DNA of 64,000 nucleotides from a virus (lineage: Duplodnaviria; Heunggongvirae; Uroviricota; Caudoviricetes). Made by a program: the position numbers and the translations under genes. The stretch lies in the IMG/VR virus record IMGVR_UViG_3300024272_001997; one strand, given 5' to 3'. This document shows, piece after piece, positions 35,346 through 48,794 of this stretch; the first letter of the stretch is position 1; the number at the start of each line of letters is the position of its first letter. The notes beneath the pieces were generated by a model. That model searched no databases. It was not told the DNA's origin and was given only the letters and a program-made list of their open reading frames with translations.

Positions 35346-36071
35346 ATGGATACTAGATTAGCTCTAATGTGTGGAGCTGATTATCCAGTTCCAGAATTAT
35401 AGATTACAGTTCATTAGCCTCAAATAAAAGAAATTGCATATATTGGGGAGACAGATTTTTTCTCAGGAGTTCAATGTTTGTGTTTGAATAAATCTATGTT
35501 TGTAAAGGACGAAAGTGATTTACTCAATACGAGCAACTTTTAGATATTTATGACGATAATGTCAGAAAAAGAAGCGGCAGATAAAAAAAGAGCTGTTTAG
35601 CAAGTTTGTTCTTTGTTTTTTCCAAAACATAGATTGCTGATGACACCACGCTCTGTGCTATTAAGTGATGGCTCAGCAAATATTCAAATTGATGAAACTA
35701 ACTTTGAATTTTTACAAAATGCTATATCAACTATTTGCTGTTTAAAAACTGGCCCTATGGATCAGACAACTTTCAATCCCGCAGATGCTAAAGCGAGAGA
35801 GATCGCTGAAAAACTTATGCGAGGACGTTAGAGAGTTGCGGCTCAAAAGGGCGAAACTAACACAAGTATATTTAGCCAATATCTTTCAATCATTACTGTA
35901 GGACTACATTCAATGTCTCTACAAGACGCGACTGAATTGACCATGTTCCAATTATACGATTTAGTTGAAAGATATATGCTATATATTAATTGGGATATGG
36001 ATATTCGGTCTCGGTTGGCTGGCGCAAAGCCGGATTCTTAGCCGGATAACTGGATGAAAAATATCCACTAA
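35346..36071 (+). CDS. structural protein (about 241 aa) with about 8 in-frame TAGs
   Basis: ATG overlaps previous TAA (TAATTATGG); track ORF 35613..35831 is an internal fragment; ends TAA at 36069-36071. Confidence 0.5.
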
Positions 36072-36094
36072 TATTTTTAAGGAGGATACTACCT

Positions 36095-37147
36095 ATGAAA
36101 TTTGGCGTTCGCGAAATTTGTGATGTCGTTCTAAAGGCAAAGGCCGCTCAGAAGGTTGGTAATAAAGTCTTCTATAAGAATGAGCCTGTTATTTATTTCG
36201 ACACTTTGAAGACTTCCAGCATGGAAGGTACTGCTACTACTTCTTACGCACAGGGCGGTCGTGGTAACTCTCGTCTAATCGCTTGGGAAGGTGAGAGAAC
36301 TGTTACTTTCACTATGGAAGATGCATTGATCTCTCCCGCTGGCTTCATGATTCTATCTGGTGCTGGCTTGGTTGAGGCTACTTCTAAGAACACTCTAAAG
36401 GTTCACACTACTGAGCAGACTAATAAGGTTAGAGTTGAAGGTACTGAAGTTCAGATTGTTTTGACTCAAAAGCCTTACGTTGGTAAAATGAATGCTGATG
36501 GTGCTTTAGTTGGTGCTCATGAAGATTTAATTTATGTTATGAAGTTAGATAATGGCGAAGTTGCTACTGAACCATATATTCCTGATCACAATGCTGTTAC
36601 CGCTGTTGTCTTTGATGAAGAGAGCGATTGGTATGCACCTATGGCTGATGGTACTTCTGAAGACGAGGCCGATGGTTGGATGATTGTATTGAATGGTGCC
36701 GCTGTCACTGGCGCAAGACCTTCTCGTGAAGCTAACCCTGGTTTTGATGAAGTAAATGTATTTGCTAACGAAGATGTCGTATTGGTCGACTATTATGTTG
36801 AACACGCATCTGCCGCACAGCAGATTGAGATTACTCCCGACAAGTTCGGTGGTAACTACTACTTAGAGGCTTCTACTCTATTCCGTGATACTAACGGTGT
36901 TGATATGCCTGCTGAGTTCATCATTCCTAACTGCAAGATTCAGTCTAACTTCACTTTCACCATGGCTTCTTCTGGTGATCCATCTACTTTCACCTTCACC
37001 ATGGACGCATTCCCAGACTACACTCGCTTCGATCCTACTAAGAAGGTTCTAGCTGCTATCCAGATCATCCAGACTGGTAACGCTGCTGAAGTCGGAGCAC
37101 GTACTCGTACTTCTCACGATCCTGCTCACGAGAAGTATTTGATGTAA
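36095..37147 (+). CDS. major tail (tube/sheath-like) protein candidate (350 aa), TAG-free
   Basis: Track ORF; AAGGAGGATACTACCT-ATG; followed by strong terminator. Confidence 0.55.
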   Translation: MKFGVREICDVVLKAKAAQKVGNKVFYKNEPVIYFDTLKTSSMEGTATTSYAQGGRGNSRLIAWEGERTVTFTMEDALISPAGFMILSGAGLVEATSKNTLKVHTTEQTNKVRVEGTEVQIVLTQKPYVGKMNADGALVGAHEDLIYVMKLDNGEVATEPYIPDHNAVTAVVFDEESDWYAPMADGTSEDEADGWMIVLNGAAVTGARPSREANPGFDEVNVFANEDVVLVDYYVEHASAAQQIEITPDKFGGNYYLEASTLFRDTNGVDMPAEFIIPNCKIQSNFTFTMASSGDPSTFTFTMDAFPDYTRFDPTKKVLAAIQIIQTGNAAEVGARTRTSHDPAHEKYLM

Positions 37148-37170
37148 TTTACAATTAAATAACTTTTTAG

Positions 37171-37203
37171 GGGAGAGATAAGAAATTATCTCTCCCCTTT
37201 TTT
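37171..37203 (+). terminator. rho-independent terminator
   Basis: GGGGAGAGATAagaaaTTATCTCTCCCC followed by TTTTTTGTTTT. Confidence 0.7.
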
Positions 37204-37231
37204 GTTTTATCCGGAGAGAAAGGAGAAAATA

Positions 37232-38557
37232 ATGGGTATTGGTAGTGAATTTGCTAGAAGAAATATTATTGAAGGATATGCCGATAAAAATCCTTTTTGG
37301 GACCCTTATAGCGGAACTCCATAGTATTCTTTATTAAACCAAGTTTCAGTGCCAGATAACACTGCAATTAGAAACTATTAGATTGCAAAAATTCGTGAAT
37401 GTGAAAATGCAATAATGGATTCTAAATTTAAAAACTTAGATGGTTTGGGTAAAGAAAATTTTCAAACTGTAATAGATTCATTTGAAGGAGACGAAGCAGA
37501 TAGAATCAATGAAATGATAGAGCACTTTGTCACGACAATGAATAGATTTTATTGGGCAAGTAAAGATGAATAGAAAAGTCAAAATGCATGGAAATATTTA
37601 CAAAATGCTTTAAAAGCCTTAGAAAAATCATTAACTGAATTAATGACTGAATTAAACATTTCTTCTGTAAATGAATTTGGAAATCAAACTGTAATGGGAG
37701 CAACTCTTGAAAAAGTTCAAACTGCATTAAATGCTTGCGGCATTACTTCATTTGATAGTGGTGTTGTAAATGAATTTTTAAAAAATGTAAATCAAATGAA
37801 GGGTGATACATTAGAAGAATTAGGTGTTGCTTTTTTTAGAAAATTAAAGATCCCAAATATTGAAAGTATTCGTTTAGGTAGTGTTTATTTAAATACAGAT
37901 GGTAGAAAAGGTAGACATAGAGGTTAGTTAATTCAAGACTTAATTGCTTTTGATATTACTAGTCCAGATATTTTAAATGATATAGAGGTTGAATATCGTC
38001 CAGTAGGATCTGATAAATATATAAAAGCTCCTTTGTCTAAATTATTTTAGGATATAGAAGCCGCCAATGGTCAAAATAAATAGATTTCAATCACAGATGA
38101 GACTTATGACGTACTTACTAATTTACAATCTATTAATATTCAGGCTAAGTCTGGTAAGAATCAGTTGCCATGGAACTAGAATGCTTCTACAAGTGTTTCT
38201 ATTGGCGAATATGGTGAAGATAATTTAGATATATCAGTACGAAGAACTTTTTAGTTATTGAGTACTTTAAATGATGCTGAAAATGAAAAATAGCCTTGGG
38301 TTGTAAAAGATAGCAGTCCTGACTACAATGCCTTAGCAAATTACGGTCTTGCTACTGTTATGCATAAAGTTTTACATTTATCAGAAGAGGGCAACCAGTA
38401 TGTTTTAACTCCTTACGGCTTTATGACATTCTCTAAAAGAATGGAACAGCTATTAAAAACTGAAAATTATATTGCTTTAATTCAAGGTAATGTTGTTCTA
38501 GAAGGCGATAAGACTATGACTGATAAGCGTAAGGTTGGTATTACCAAAGGAAATTAA
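37232..38557 (+). CDS. tail protein (about 441 aa) with about 9 in-frame TAGs
   Basis: AAAGGAGAAAATA-ATG; track ORFs 37643..37927 and 38360..38557 are same-frame fragments. Confidence 0.5.
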
Positions 38558-38562
38558 AATTT

Positions 38563-38592
38563 GACTCGCTCAAATTTTTTTGATATAATATA
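38563..38592 (+). promoter_or_regulatory. class-2 promoter TTGACT-17-TATAAT
   Basis: TTGACTcgctcaaatttttttgaTATAAT, near-identical to 48727-48756. Confidence 0.5.
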
Positions 38593-38619
38593 TAAAAAGA
38601 GATAAAGGAGTGTTTATAA

Positions 38620-39159
38620 ATGGCAAAAATTCCATTTTCTAAACTTGATATGAAAATCAATTCTCGTGATTTTGTTATGTGTCACGAAAATTCAAAGGGA
38701 GAAGTTATCCAGTATGAAGTAAAAAACTATCTTCCTATTAAAGAAAAAATGGATTTAGTTTCTCGTATTATTAATCAGTCTACTGATGATAATGGTTTCT
38801 ATAATCCTATGAGAGTAAAGTTATATACTACTTTAGAAATGGTATATACTTATACTAATTTAACTTTCACTCCAAAGCAGAAAGAAGATCCTTTTAAATT
38901 GTATGATTTATTAGTAAGTACCGGTTTATATAATGATATTACTAGTCATATTTGTACTGAAGATTTAGAGGAATTGGAAGGAAGTATTTGGGATACTATT
39001 AAAAGTATTTATAATTATCGTAATTCTGCTATGGGTATTTTAGAAAATATTACTGCAGATTATAGTAATTTAAATTTAGATGCAACTGAAATTCAGAGTA
39101 AGTTAGCTGATCCAAATAATATGGCTTTATTAAAGGATGTATTGGCTAAATTGGGCTAA
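38620..39159 (+). CDS. tail assembly chaperone candidate (179 aa), TAG-free
   Basis: Track ORF immediately upstream of tape measure gene. Confidence 0.45.
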   Translation: MAKIPFSKLDMKINSRDFVMCHENSKGEVIQYEVKNYLPIKEKMDLVSRIINQSTDDNGFYNPMRVKLYTTLEMVYTYTNLTFTPKQKEDPFKLYDLLVSTGLYNDITSHICTEDLEELEGSIWDTIKSIYNYRNSAMGILENITADYSNLNLDATEIQSKLADPNNMALLKDVLAKLG

Positions 39160-39204
39160 TTACATTTATTAACCTATCTAGATTTTCAATCTATTTAGGA
39201 ATAA

Positions 39205-39245
39205 TCGCCGGTTAGATTATTTCAATCTAACCGGCTTATTTTTAT
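39205..39245 (+). terminator. terminator/attenuator hairpin
   Basis: GCCGGTTAGATTatttcaATCTAACCGGC followed by TTATTTTTATTTT. Confidence 0.55.
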
Positions 39246-39283
39246 TTTGCAAAATAAAAATTGGAGAGAAAGGAGTATTTTAA

Positions 39284-42200
39284 ATGGCTAAACAGTTAAA
39301 TGTAGATTTGCGATTTACGGCAAGTAATACACAAGCTAAACAGCAAATCCAAGATTTACAAAGTGCTTTAAATAATTTAATGACTACTGCAAGTAAAAAT
39401 ACCACAGGCCTTGGTATTACTAAAGATATAGCTTAGGCAACTAATGAAGTCGCTAAATTATAGGCAATGTTAGAGTCTTCTAAAAATGCATCTGGTGGTT
39501 TAGATTTAGGTAAATTTAATCAGAGCTTAAGTTAGGGACAAACAAAAATTTCTGATTATGCCAGAACTCTAAGTTCTTTAGGTCCATAGGGAGATCAAGC
39601 TTTTGCTAAATTAGCAAAAGCAATTATTAACGCTGAAGTTCCTTTAAAAAGAACAAATAGTGTATTAAAAGAATTTAAAACTTCTCTTATGAATACTGCT
39701 AGATGGCAATTGTCTTCTAGTATGTTACATGGTTTTATGGGAGCGGTACAATCTGCCTATGGTTACGCGCAAGATTTAAATGAATCTTTAAATAATATTC
39801 GTATTGTTACTGGAGCAAATATTGATGAAATGTCACGATTTGCAAAAGAAGCTAATGCGGCAGCTTAGGCTTTAAGCACAACTACTACAGAATATACTAA
39901 CGCTTCTTTGATTTTTTATCAATAGGGTTTAAGTGATGAAGAAGTTGCCAAGAGAACAGAAGTAACTGTAAAAATGGCAAATGCCGCAGGTGAAAGTGCT
40001 TAGAAAATTTCTGATCAATTAACTGCTGTTTGGAATAACTTCTATGACGGTTCCAAATCTTTGGAATATTATGCTGATGTTATGACTGCTCTTGGTGCAG
40101 CAACTGCATCTAGTACTGATGAAATTGCAGGCGGTTTAGAAAAGTTTGCGGCAATTGGTTAGACTATTGGTTTAAGTTATGAATATGCTGCTTCTGCATT
40201 AGCAACTATTACTTCTAACACTCGTCAAAGTGAAGAAGTTGTTGGTACTGCATTAAAAACTATTTTTGCACGTATTCAAGGTTTAAATTTAGGTGAAACT
40301 CTTGAAGATGGAACTTCTTTAAATAAATATTCAGAAGCTTTATCAAAAATTGGAATTAGCATTTTTGAGTAGAATGGCGAAATCAAAAAGATGGATAACA
40401 TTCTAAATGAAATGGCTGAAAAATGGGGAACTTTAGCGAAGGATCAACAAATTGCTTTAGCATAGACTGTTGCTGGCGTTCGTCAATATACTTAGCTAAT
40501 TGCTTTAATGGATAACTGGAATGCTGGAGATTCTGATAGTATGACAGCTAACTTAAATACTGCTTATAATGCCACTGGCACTTTACAAGAACAAGCAGAT
40601 ATTTATGCAGAATCTTGGGAAGCTGCAAAAGATAGAGTTACTGCAGCGGCAGAAGAAATTTATAACCAATTATTGAACGATGAATTTTTTATTGATTTAA
40701 ATAATGGTTTTGCAGGTTTCTTAAATATTATCTCTGATACTATCGACACTCTTGGTGGATTACCTGGAGTACTTACTGTTGCATCTAGCCTCATGATTAA
40801 AATGTTTGGTAAAGATATGGCAAAAGCGATTGATGATTGGGGATATAATATTAAATTGCGCTCTAAAGAGGGCGTTTAGTCTTTAATGGAGCTTAGAGAG
40901 CAAGCAAAAAATTCTTTAAAAACAATGTATGCAGATAATGTAGACACTGGTCCTATAAATTCTGCATCTCAAATTGCTTTCAGTGAATATGCTTCTTTAA
41001 CAGATGTAGTATTAGCAAAACAAAAAGAATTAACTGCTCAAGGTTAGATGCTTTCAGAAGAAAATCAAAAGCAAGTTCAATATTTATTACAAGCAAATGA
41101 AGCATATGGAGAGCAAGCAATTCTTGCTGCAAAATCTTTAGAGGCAGCTGAACAGTAGACTCGAGAAAATGAGATGCAATTAAGATATGCTGTTTAGAAG
41201 CAAAATACAAAAAATCCTGAAGACAAAAAAGTTGATTTTAAAACAACTTTAAAACCTCAGATTGATGAAGCTCAAAAAGCTTAGATGTAGTATTCTTCTT
41301 TGTATGATGTTTTTTTGAAATTAAAACAATTACAAAATAAAGGTTTAGATAGTGCAACAATAATTAAAGAACTGACTGAAATGAGTAATTAGGCTAAAGC
41401 GGCAGGCCTTGATATTTCACATTTTGATGCCATTTTACACTCTTTAAATAACGGAGATAGCGTAGTAGTTACTTTAAATGCAATTGAAAGCAATTTAGAT
41501 GATCTTGCATTGGAAGCTTTAAATACTGCAGAAACTGTTAAAAATTCTTTAACTGGAATGGGAATGGATGGCACTCAAGTTGATGCAATTCTTGATTAGT
41601 TAATTGAATCTTGGAGACAGCAAGGTATTGTTACTGCGGATTTAGCAGAAAAATTAAAAAATATAAAAGTTAATGGAGATGCTGCGGCAGAAGCTATTAG
41701 TGGAATGCAAGGTCCTCCACCAACTGTCGGCCAGAAATTTATGGCAGTTGCAAATACAATTAGTAATATTGCTATGAGTATTAATGTAGTAAAAGGATTA
41801 ATTGATACTTGGAATAATGAAGATATGAGTTTTGGAGAGAAATTACTTTCCACTTTTACATCTCTTGGAATGGTTATTCCAATGGTTACAACTGCTTTTA
41901 CTGGAAACAATCTTGCAATGTTAGGTAGTGTTTCTTCTTCTATTGTTGCAGCAGCAGGTTTTGATGGTGTTGCTATTTCTGCAAAAGTTGCTGCAGGTGG
42001 TGTTGGAGCATTGTGGGCAGCTTTATGGCCTATTGCATTAGTAGTTGCAGGCTTGACGTTAGTAATTACTGCATTAGCAGCTGGAGTAAAATATTTATCT
42101 GATGAATATAATAAAGATGCTATTGCTGCTAACAAAGCTGCTGAAGCAGCAAATAATTTGAAAGAAGCATATGAAGAAACTAAGAAATCTTATGAAGATA

Positions 42201-45200
42201 TGATTTCTGCTATGGAAAATTATCAAAGTGCTAGAGACAGTCTTGATAATTTAACTAAGGGTACTGAAGCATATCGAGATGCCTTAAACGGAGCGAATGA
42301 AGCAGCTTTACAATTAATTAAAGCTGGTAATTTGATTCGTGGAGAAGATTACGATATTGTCGGTGGAGAAATCATTATTAAACAAGAATCAATTGATGCG
42401 GCTAAAGAAAATCAATATGGAAAAGTTCAAGAAGCATATGCTGCAAGTACAATGGCAAATGCAAATGCTAGTCGTTTAAAAGCTGAGGCAGATCAAACTA
42501 AACTTACTCGAACTGATGATAAATCTATTTGGTAGGGCGTAGTTGAAGGTATGGTCACAGGAATGGCTGCAATGATGATTACTGGTAATGCTCCAGCAGT
42601 TTTAGCAGGTGCATTAACGGGTGGAGTTGTTGGAGCTATTGATACTGCTCTTATAAATAAAGCTAGTAATGAAGCACAACAAAAACAAATTGATGATTTA
42701 GTAGCTCTTTATGATGAAATGGGAGAAGCTGCTTTTGATTCTGTAGAACTTCAAAAATTAGGCATTGATACTGCTAATGAAGAATATATTAATTCTTTAA
42801 AAGAAATTGTTCGTGCTACCCATCAGGCTGCAGAAGAAATGGAAGTCGCCGCTGAGTTAGCCGCAACCTCTATTTTGAGTCAAGATGAGCGTTTTGCAAA
42901 GTCTCAAGATAGTGAAGAATTATATGCAGCAAGTGGAGAAATATATAATAAATTATATCAAGATAATTTAAAAAAATATCAAGAAGTTGATATTGCCAAT
43001 TGGGTAGGAGCTGGAACTGAAGATGCTAAAGATTTATGGAATAAATATTTAGAGGCTTCTGGCTTAGACGAACTAAGAGGAATTAAAGCCACCAATTTTA
43101 GAAAAGATAATACTGTTGACTATGAGTATTATGATGAAGAGGGTAAGAAGCAAGAAGCTAATGTTGATTTGGCTACAATGGCTGCGGCAGTTGCAGCTGC
43201 AGAAGCAAATAATTTATTAGCTGATTCAGCAAATGTATTACTAGGAATATTTAATGAATTAAATAATTCTGGTAATGAAGCTGCTTAGGCATTAAAAAAT
43301 ATTATCGCTTATGAAAATGTTGAAAAATCAACTAGAGCTGAGTTTGATGATTTAAAAAATGAATATGAATCAGCAGAAGATAAAACTGCTTATTTAAATG
43401 AAGCTTTTGGTGGTGCTGATGGTGTTATTGATGAAGCTGAATTAAAGGCTTTGGGGTATGATTCCATAGAAGCTTTATAGGCAGGAATTGAATAGGCCAT
43501 TGAAGATGGTGAAGATGCTTGGGATGATGTTGGTAAACATTTAACTAGCACTGCAAAAAAAGCATTTAAAAATTCTATGGATTCTGGTATTTTTGATGAT
43601 TTGACTTTAGAACAAACTAATCAAATGGCAGATCTCTTCCAAGATGCTTTCGCCAAGGGTGGAGTTGAAGGTTTAGATTCTCTATAGAATAGTTTAAATG
43701 TAATGTTTGAGAAGTCTGGTCAAGATGCTGGAAAAATGGCTGCAATCTTAGCAAATGTTGATTGGCAAACTACTAATATTGAAGATTTAACTGCAATTTT
43801 AGAAGACGCAGGCATTGAAACTGATGGTTTTGCTAATGAGCTAGAAAACTTAATAGACTTAATGCAAGAGGGTCAAAACATTGGTTTTGACGGTGCGGCC
43901 GATATTTATAAAACTGCTCATGAGATTATTGATGATCTTAAAACTGGAGATACTATTTCTAGTGAAGATTATGATAATCTTAAAACTATGGGCATTAATA
44001 TGTCTGACTATTTTGTTCAAATGGCAGATGGGTCTTATAAATTAACTGCTGATGCAAAAGAATTCTATGATGTTGTTAATGCTAAAACTTTAGAACAATT
44101 CCAAAATAATATTGACGCTTTACGCGGTCAAAAAGCAGATGTAAATAATTTACAAAATAGTACCTATGATAAGGATTCTATTGCTACAATGGATACTAAT
44201 ATGATAGGTATGATTAAACAAGATAATGATAAATTAGGAGATCAATTAACTTTCTTAAAAGCAATTGGTTCTGATTTAGAAAATCTTGATAGCTATATTC
44301 AAGAGATTGAAGCTGGTAGACAATTAACCCAACGTCAATTAAGAGAAATTCGCAACGAACTTGAAGAAAATGCTTGGCAATGGGATAATTTATCTCAAGT
44401 AACTGAAGGGTTTGATGCAGAAATCCAACGTAATATGGATGCATATGCTATGTCTGCAACTACAGTTGGAGATTTAAATGATATGCTTCGCGAAGGATTA
44501 ATTAATGCTGAAGCATATAATAAAGCAATTGAATCCGTAATGGATGTGGAATTTGAGGCTGAAGGGTTAGATGTAGAAGCCGCTAATGATGTAGCAGATG
44601 CTTTCCGTGAAATGGCAGATGCTGGTGAAGCAGGCACAGAAGCTTTAAAAGACAATGAAGAAGCTGTTAAAGATGCTACTGTTCGTTATATGGAACTTAA
44701 CGAAGCTATTACTGATATTTATGATAATTATGATGATTATATAGATGTTTTAAAAGCAGCAAGAAAAGCTTCAACTCCTTTAGAAAAAGCTAACCTATTA
44801 AATGAAAAATCTGCTAGATCTTTAAGAACTTCTTTGGCAGGTTTGCTTGGCACTACAGAAGATTTAATTGATGCAGATTTAATGGCAGCAATTAATCCAG
44901 CAGATTTCGAAGCAGCTGCAAACGGTAGTGTTGAAGCTATTGATAGAATTAGAGAGGCTTTTATAAAATTATAGATTGAAGGTATTGATGGAATTACACT
45001 TGATGGCTTAATGGCTGAATTAAATGCATTTAATGATGGTGCTTATATTGATTTAGACAATATGCCAATGCTATGGTCTTTAATTGAAGCAAAGGTTGCC
45101 GCAGGTGCAACTGCAGCTGACATTGAAGCTTTGTTAAGTGGTTTGAACATCGATGCTGATGTTAGTGATTTCTATGGTACGATGGAAGAAATGGCAGCTA

Positions 45201-48200
45201 TTGCAGAGCAAGCTGGTTCTCGTGTAGTACAAGCTACTTCTTTCTCTCAAACATCAACGACTGAAACTGAAGCTACTCCACGTACAGTTGATAATGTAAA
45301 TTTCACTGAAACTGTTACAACTACTAATCATCCGTCTATTGCGGCAGTGCCTATGACAAATGGTTTTGGACCATTAATTTATGGTACTAATATGGTTAGT
45401 TATTAGAAGTCTGTAAGTGTTGATCCAGTAAGTTATCAAACTCAAGATACTGCAACTGCTACTGAAGTTGTCACTGAGAACGCTGCGGGTGAAGAAGGTA
45501 AAGTTCGTGGTATTTAGATAAATGGTGCTCATAAAGCTCCAACTGCTTCTAGAACTCCAAGTCCAACTAATACAACCAGAAAACCTGTATCATCAGGCAG
45601 TGGCGGTGGTGGTAGTAGTGGTAGTAAAGCAAAAGAACCTTCTAAACCAAAATAGATGGATACCACTAAACAAACTGATGTAGTAAAAAGATATAAAGAA
45701 ATTGATGATGCGCTTGATGATTTATCTGATGAATATGATAGAGCTTCTAAATCTGCAGATAGATTATGGGGCGAACATCGTTTAGATGCTCTTCGTGAAC
45801 AAAATGCTTTAATTGAAGAGTAGCAAGAATTGTTAGCTGAAAAATAGCGTCAAGCAGAACGCTATATGAAACAAGATCAAGTTGCTTTACAATAGGCTGC
45901 AGCTGCAGCGGGATTAGCCTTCTCATTTGATGATAAAGGTAATATTACTAATTACACTGACTAGATGACTGTCCTTTATAATCAGTTAGCTGCCGCAGAA
46001 TCTCGTTACAATTCTCTTGCTACTGGTGAAGCTCAAGAGTCTTATGAAGAAACTATTCTTGACCCTCTAAAAAATAAGATCCAAAACATTGAAGATGCAA
46101 TGGAGTTATACGAAGAGAGTAAAGAATTATTTGAAGAATTGGGTATTAACATTGAAGATCTTCAAGATTAGATTATGCAAAATAATTATGATATTATAAT
46201 GGACGGTTTAGAGCTTCATATTGGTTTTAATGAAGAAGATTTAGAAATAATTAATTATTATTTATCTAAGATTGAAGATGATTTTTATTCTATGGCTGAA
46301 GCTGCTGCTTTAATAGCAAATCCAAAAGGAAATAGTCAATTGACTGAGTATATTTCTAATTTAGAAGAATATGAATCTTCTCTTCAAGGATTAAATAAAG
46401 CTTATGTCGCAGGAGAAATTACTGAAGCAATGTATCAAGAAGGCTTAGAAGAAGTCCGTTCTGGTATTAGAGATAATTTAAGTTCTTTAGTTGAATTAGA
46501 TAATACTATGAAAGAGTATTATAGTAAAACTCTAAATATGGCCTAGGAAGAATTAGCGAAGTATACTGACCGTATGGAGCATCAAACTGAAGTTCTAGAA
46601 CATTATCAATCTTTAATGGAAATTCTTGGCAAAGAAACTGACTATAACGGTTTAGGAATTATTCTTGAAGGTCAAGCAAAAACTATTGAAAATCAAATGA
46701 AGGTTGCTAAAGAAGCATATGCTATGTATCAATCTGAAGCAGATGAAAAGAAGAAATTGCTTGATTAGGCTATTGCCACAGGAAATACTGAAGCTGCAGA
46801 AGTATATCAGAAAGAATGGGAAGCTGCTAATGCTGCTGCCATGGAAGCTCAACAAGATATGCTTGATAAAACTGAAGAGTGGGCTGATGCATTACGAGCA
46901 ATACTGGAGAATAAACTATCTGGTTTCGCTCAAAATTTAGAGAACGCTCTGACCGGAGGCACATCTTTTGATACTTTAACTACTTCTATGGAGCGAGCAG
47001 CTAGTCTACAAGAAGAATATTTAACAACGACTAACCAAATTTATGAGACTAATAAGTTGATGCGCGTTGCACAGCAAGCTATTGATAATTCCACTAGTAG
47101 TATTGCAAAGCAAAAACTAAAAGGATTTATTAATGAAACTAAGCAATTGCAAGATCAAACAAAGTTAAGTAAATACGAGTTAGAAATTCAGCAAGCAAAA
47201 TATAATTTATTATTGGCTGAGATGGCTCTAGAAGATGCTCGTGATGCGAAAACTGTTGTTAGATTAAAGCGTGATAATGAAGGCAATCTTGGTTATGTAT
47301 ATACCGCAGATCAAGATAAGTTGGCCGAAGCGCAACAAGAGTTAGAAGACGCACAAAATAGTTTATATAATATTGGATTGGAAGGCGCTAATGAATATAG
47401 TGAAAAGTATCAGCAAACCATGAGTGAAATGTATGATACATTTACTGAACTCCAAGAGCAGTATTTGAGTGGTGAATTCGAAACTGAAGCTGAATATCAA
47501 GATGCTATGTTAAAAGCTAAGGAATATTATTATGAAAAATTGAAGAGTTATTCTTCTCTGCATCAAATAGCATTGACTACAGATAGTCGAGTCATTGCAG
47601 ATGCTTGGTCTTCTGATTATAGCGAAATGATTTTCAATACTGAAGATTGGATGCGCGCAGTTACTGAATATGTTGGTAATGTAAATCTTGCATTTGACGA
47701 ATGGGAAGAAAATGTTGATACTATTACTAATGAGACTCTTGGACCAAATCTTGATACTCTTGAAGATAACGTTAAAGATATTACAGATGCTAATGATGCT
47801 TTAACTGATTCTATCGTAAAAGATGGCGGCGTTATTGACGCTATTGAGTCTGAATTGGATCAAGTTAGTGAATTGACTGGTAAATACGCTAATTTAAGAC
47901 AATAGATTCAGGGACTGATTGCGGATCATGAAACTCTTATGGTACGTATTGGCAATGAACCTAATCCTTACACTCCTCCTGGAACTGGTACTTCTGGAAG
48001 TTCTTCTTCTAGCGGAGGTAGTAGTGGAAGTTCTAATTCTGGTAATTCTTCTAGTGGTAGTGGTCGAGGTTCTAGTACAGCAAGCACATCTTCTGGAACT
48101 AGTACTAAAGAAGCAAGTGCTCCAGAATATAGTGACACTACTAAGCAAGGAGTTGCTCTCGCAATTTGGAATGGTGGTTTTGGTTGGGGTAACGGTACTA

Positions 48201-48673
48201 CCCGCCGCAACCGGTTGGATGAAAAAGGATTTGATCCCGAAGAAATCCAGCGTATTGTTGATATTACTAATCCTAATGGAGATTGGCGTACTCGTTATGG
48301 AATTTCTGACTTAAGTAAGTATGCTTATTCTAGTTTTGATACTGGTGGTTATACTGGAGCTTGGGGTTCTTATGGTAAGTTCGCTATGTTACATGAAAAA
48401 GAATTGATTTTGAATCCAGGTGAAACTGAAAACTTTTTAGCAAGTATGGAAGTATTGCGTAGTATTATCAAGATGATTGACTTACAAAGCACTGCTTCTC
48501 AGCTAGGTGGATTGTTACATAGTCCTGGATATTACGCTCCTCAAACTTCTGAGGTATTAGAGCAAAATGTTCATATTGAAGCTAGCTTCCCTGAAGTAAC
48601 TGATAGATATGAAATTGAAGCTGCTTTGACTTCTATCGTCAATCGTGCTTCTCAATACGCTAACCGTAAATAA
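39284..48673 (+). CDS. tape measure protein, single 9390-nt frame (3129 aa) with at least 35 in-frame TAGs
   Basis: All 10 track ORF fragments (40508, 41705, 42551, 43703, 45011, 45965, 46175, 46574, 46841, 47939) share frame 2 with the ATG at 39284; no TAA/TGA for 9.4 kb; Ala/Gln/Leu-rich helical repeats; Ser/Gly linker at about 47990-48110 then a globular C-terminal domain. Confidence 0.8.
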
Positions 48674-48679
48674 ATTTTT

Positions 48680-48713
48680 GGGTAGGTTGTAGAAATACAA
48701 CCTACCCTTTTTC
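48680..48713 (+). terminator. rho-independent terminator after tape measure
   Basis: GGGTAGGTTGTagaaaTACAACCTACCC followed by TTTTTC. Confidence 0.7.
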
Positions 48714-48726
48714 TTATTTGGTCTAA

Positions 48727-48756
48727 TATAAAAAATTGACTTTTCTAAATTTTTAT
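48727..48756 (+). promoter_or_regulatory. class-2 promoter TTGACT-17-TATAAT
   Basis: TTGACTtttctaaatttttatgaTATAAT then AGAGAGAAAGGAG leader. Confidence 0.5.
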
Positions 48757-48794
48757 GATATAATAGATTATAAGAGAGAAAGGAGATATTGGTT

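Noticed and set aside
39284-48673. Interpretation of TAG-interrupted late ORFs as pseudogenes or programmed frameshifts
   Set aside because: Fragments stay in one frame across dozens of TAGs and 9.4 kb. TAA/TGA are never seen internally and always at gene ends. RBSs sit only at the first fragment. Pseudogenisation or frameshifting would scramble frames.
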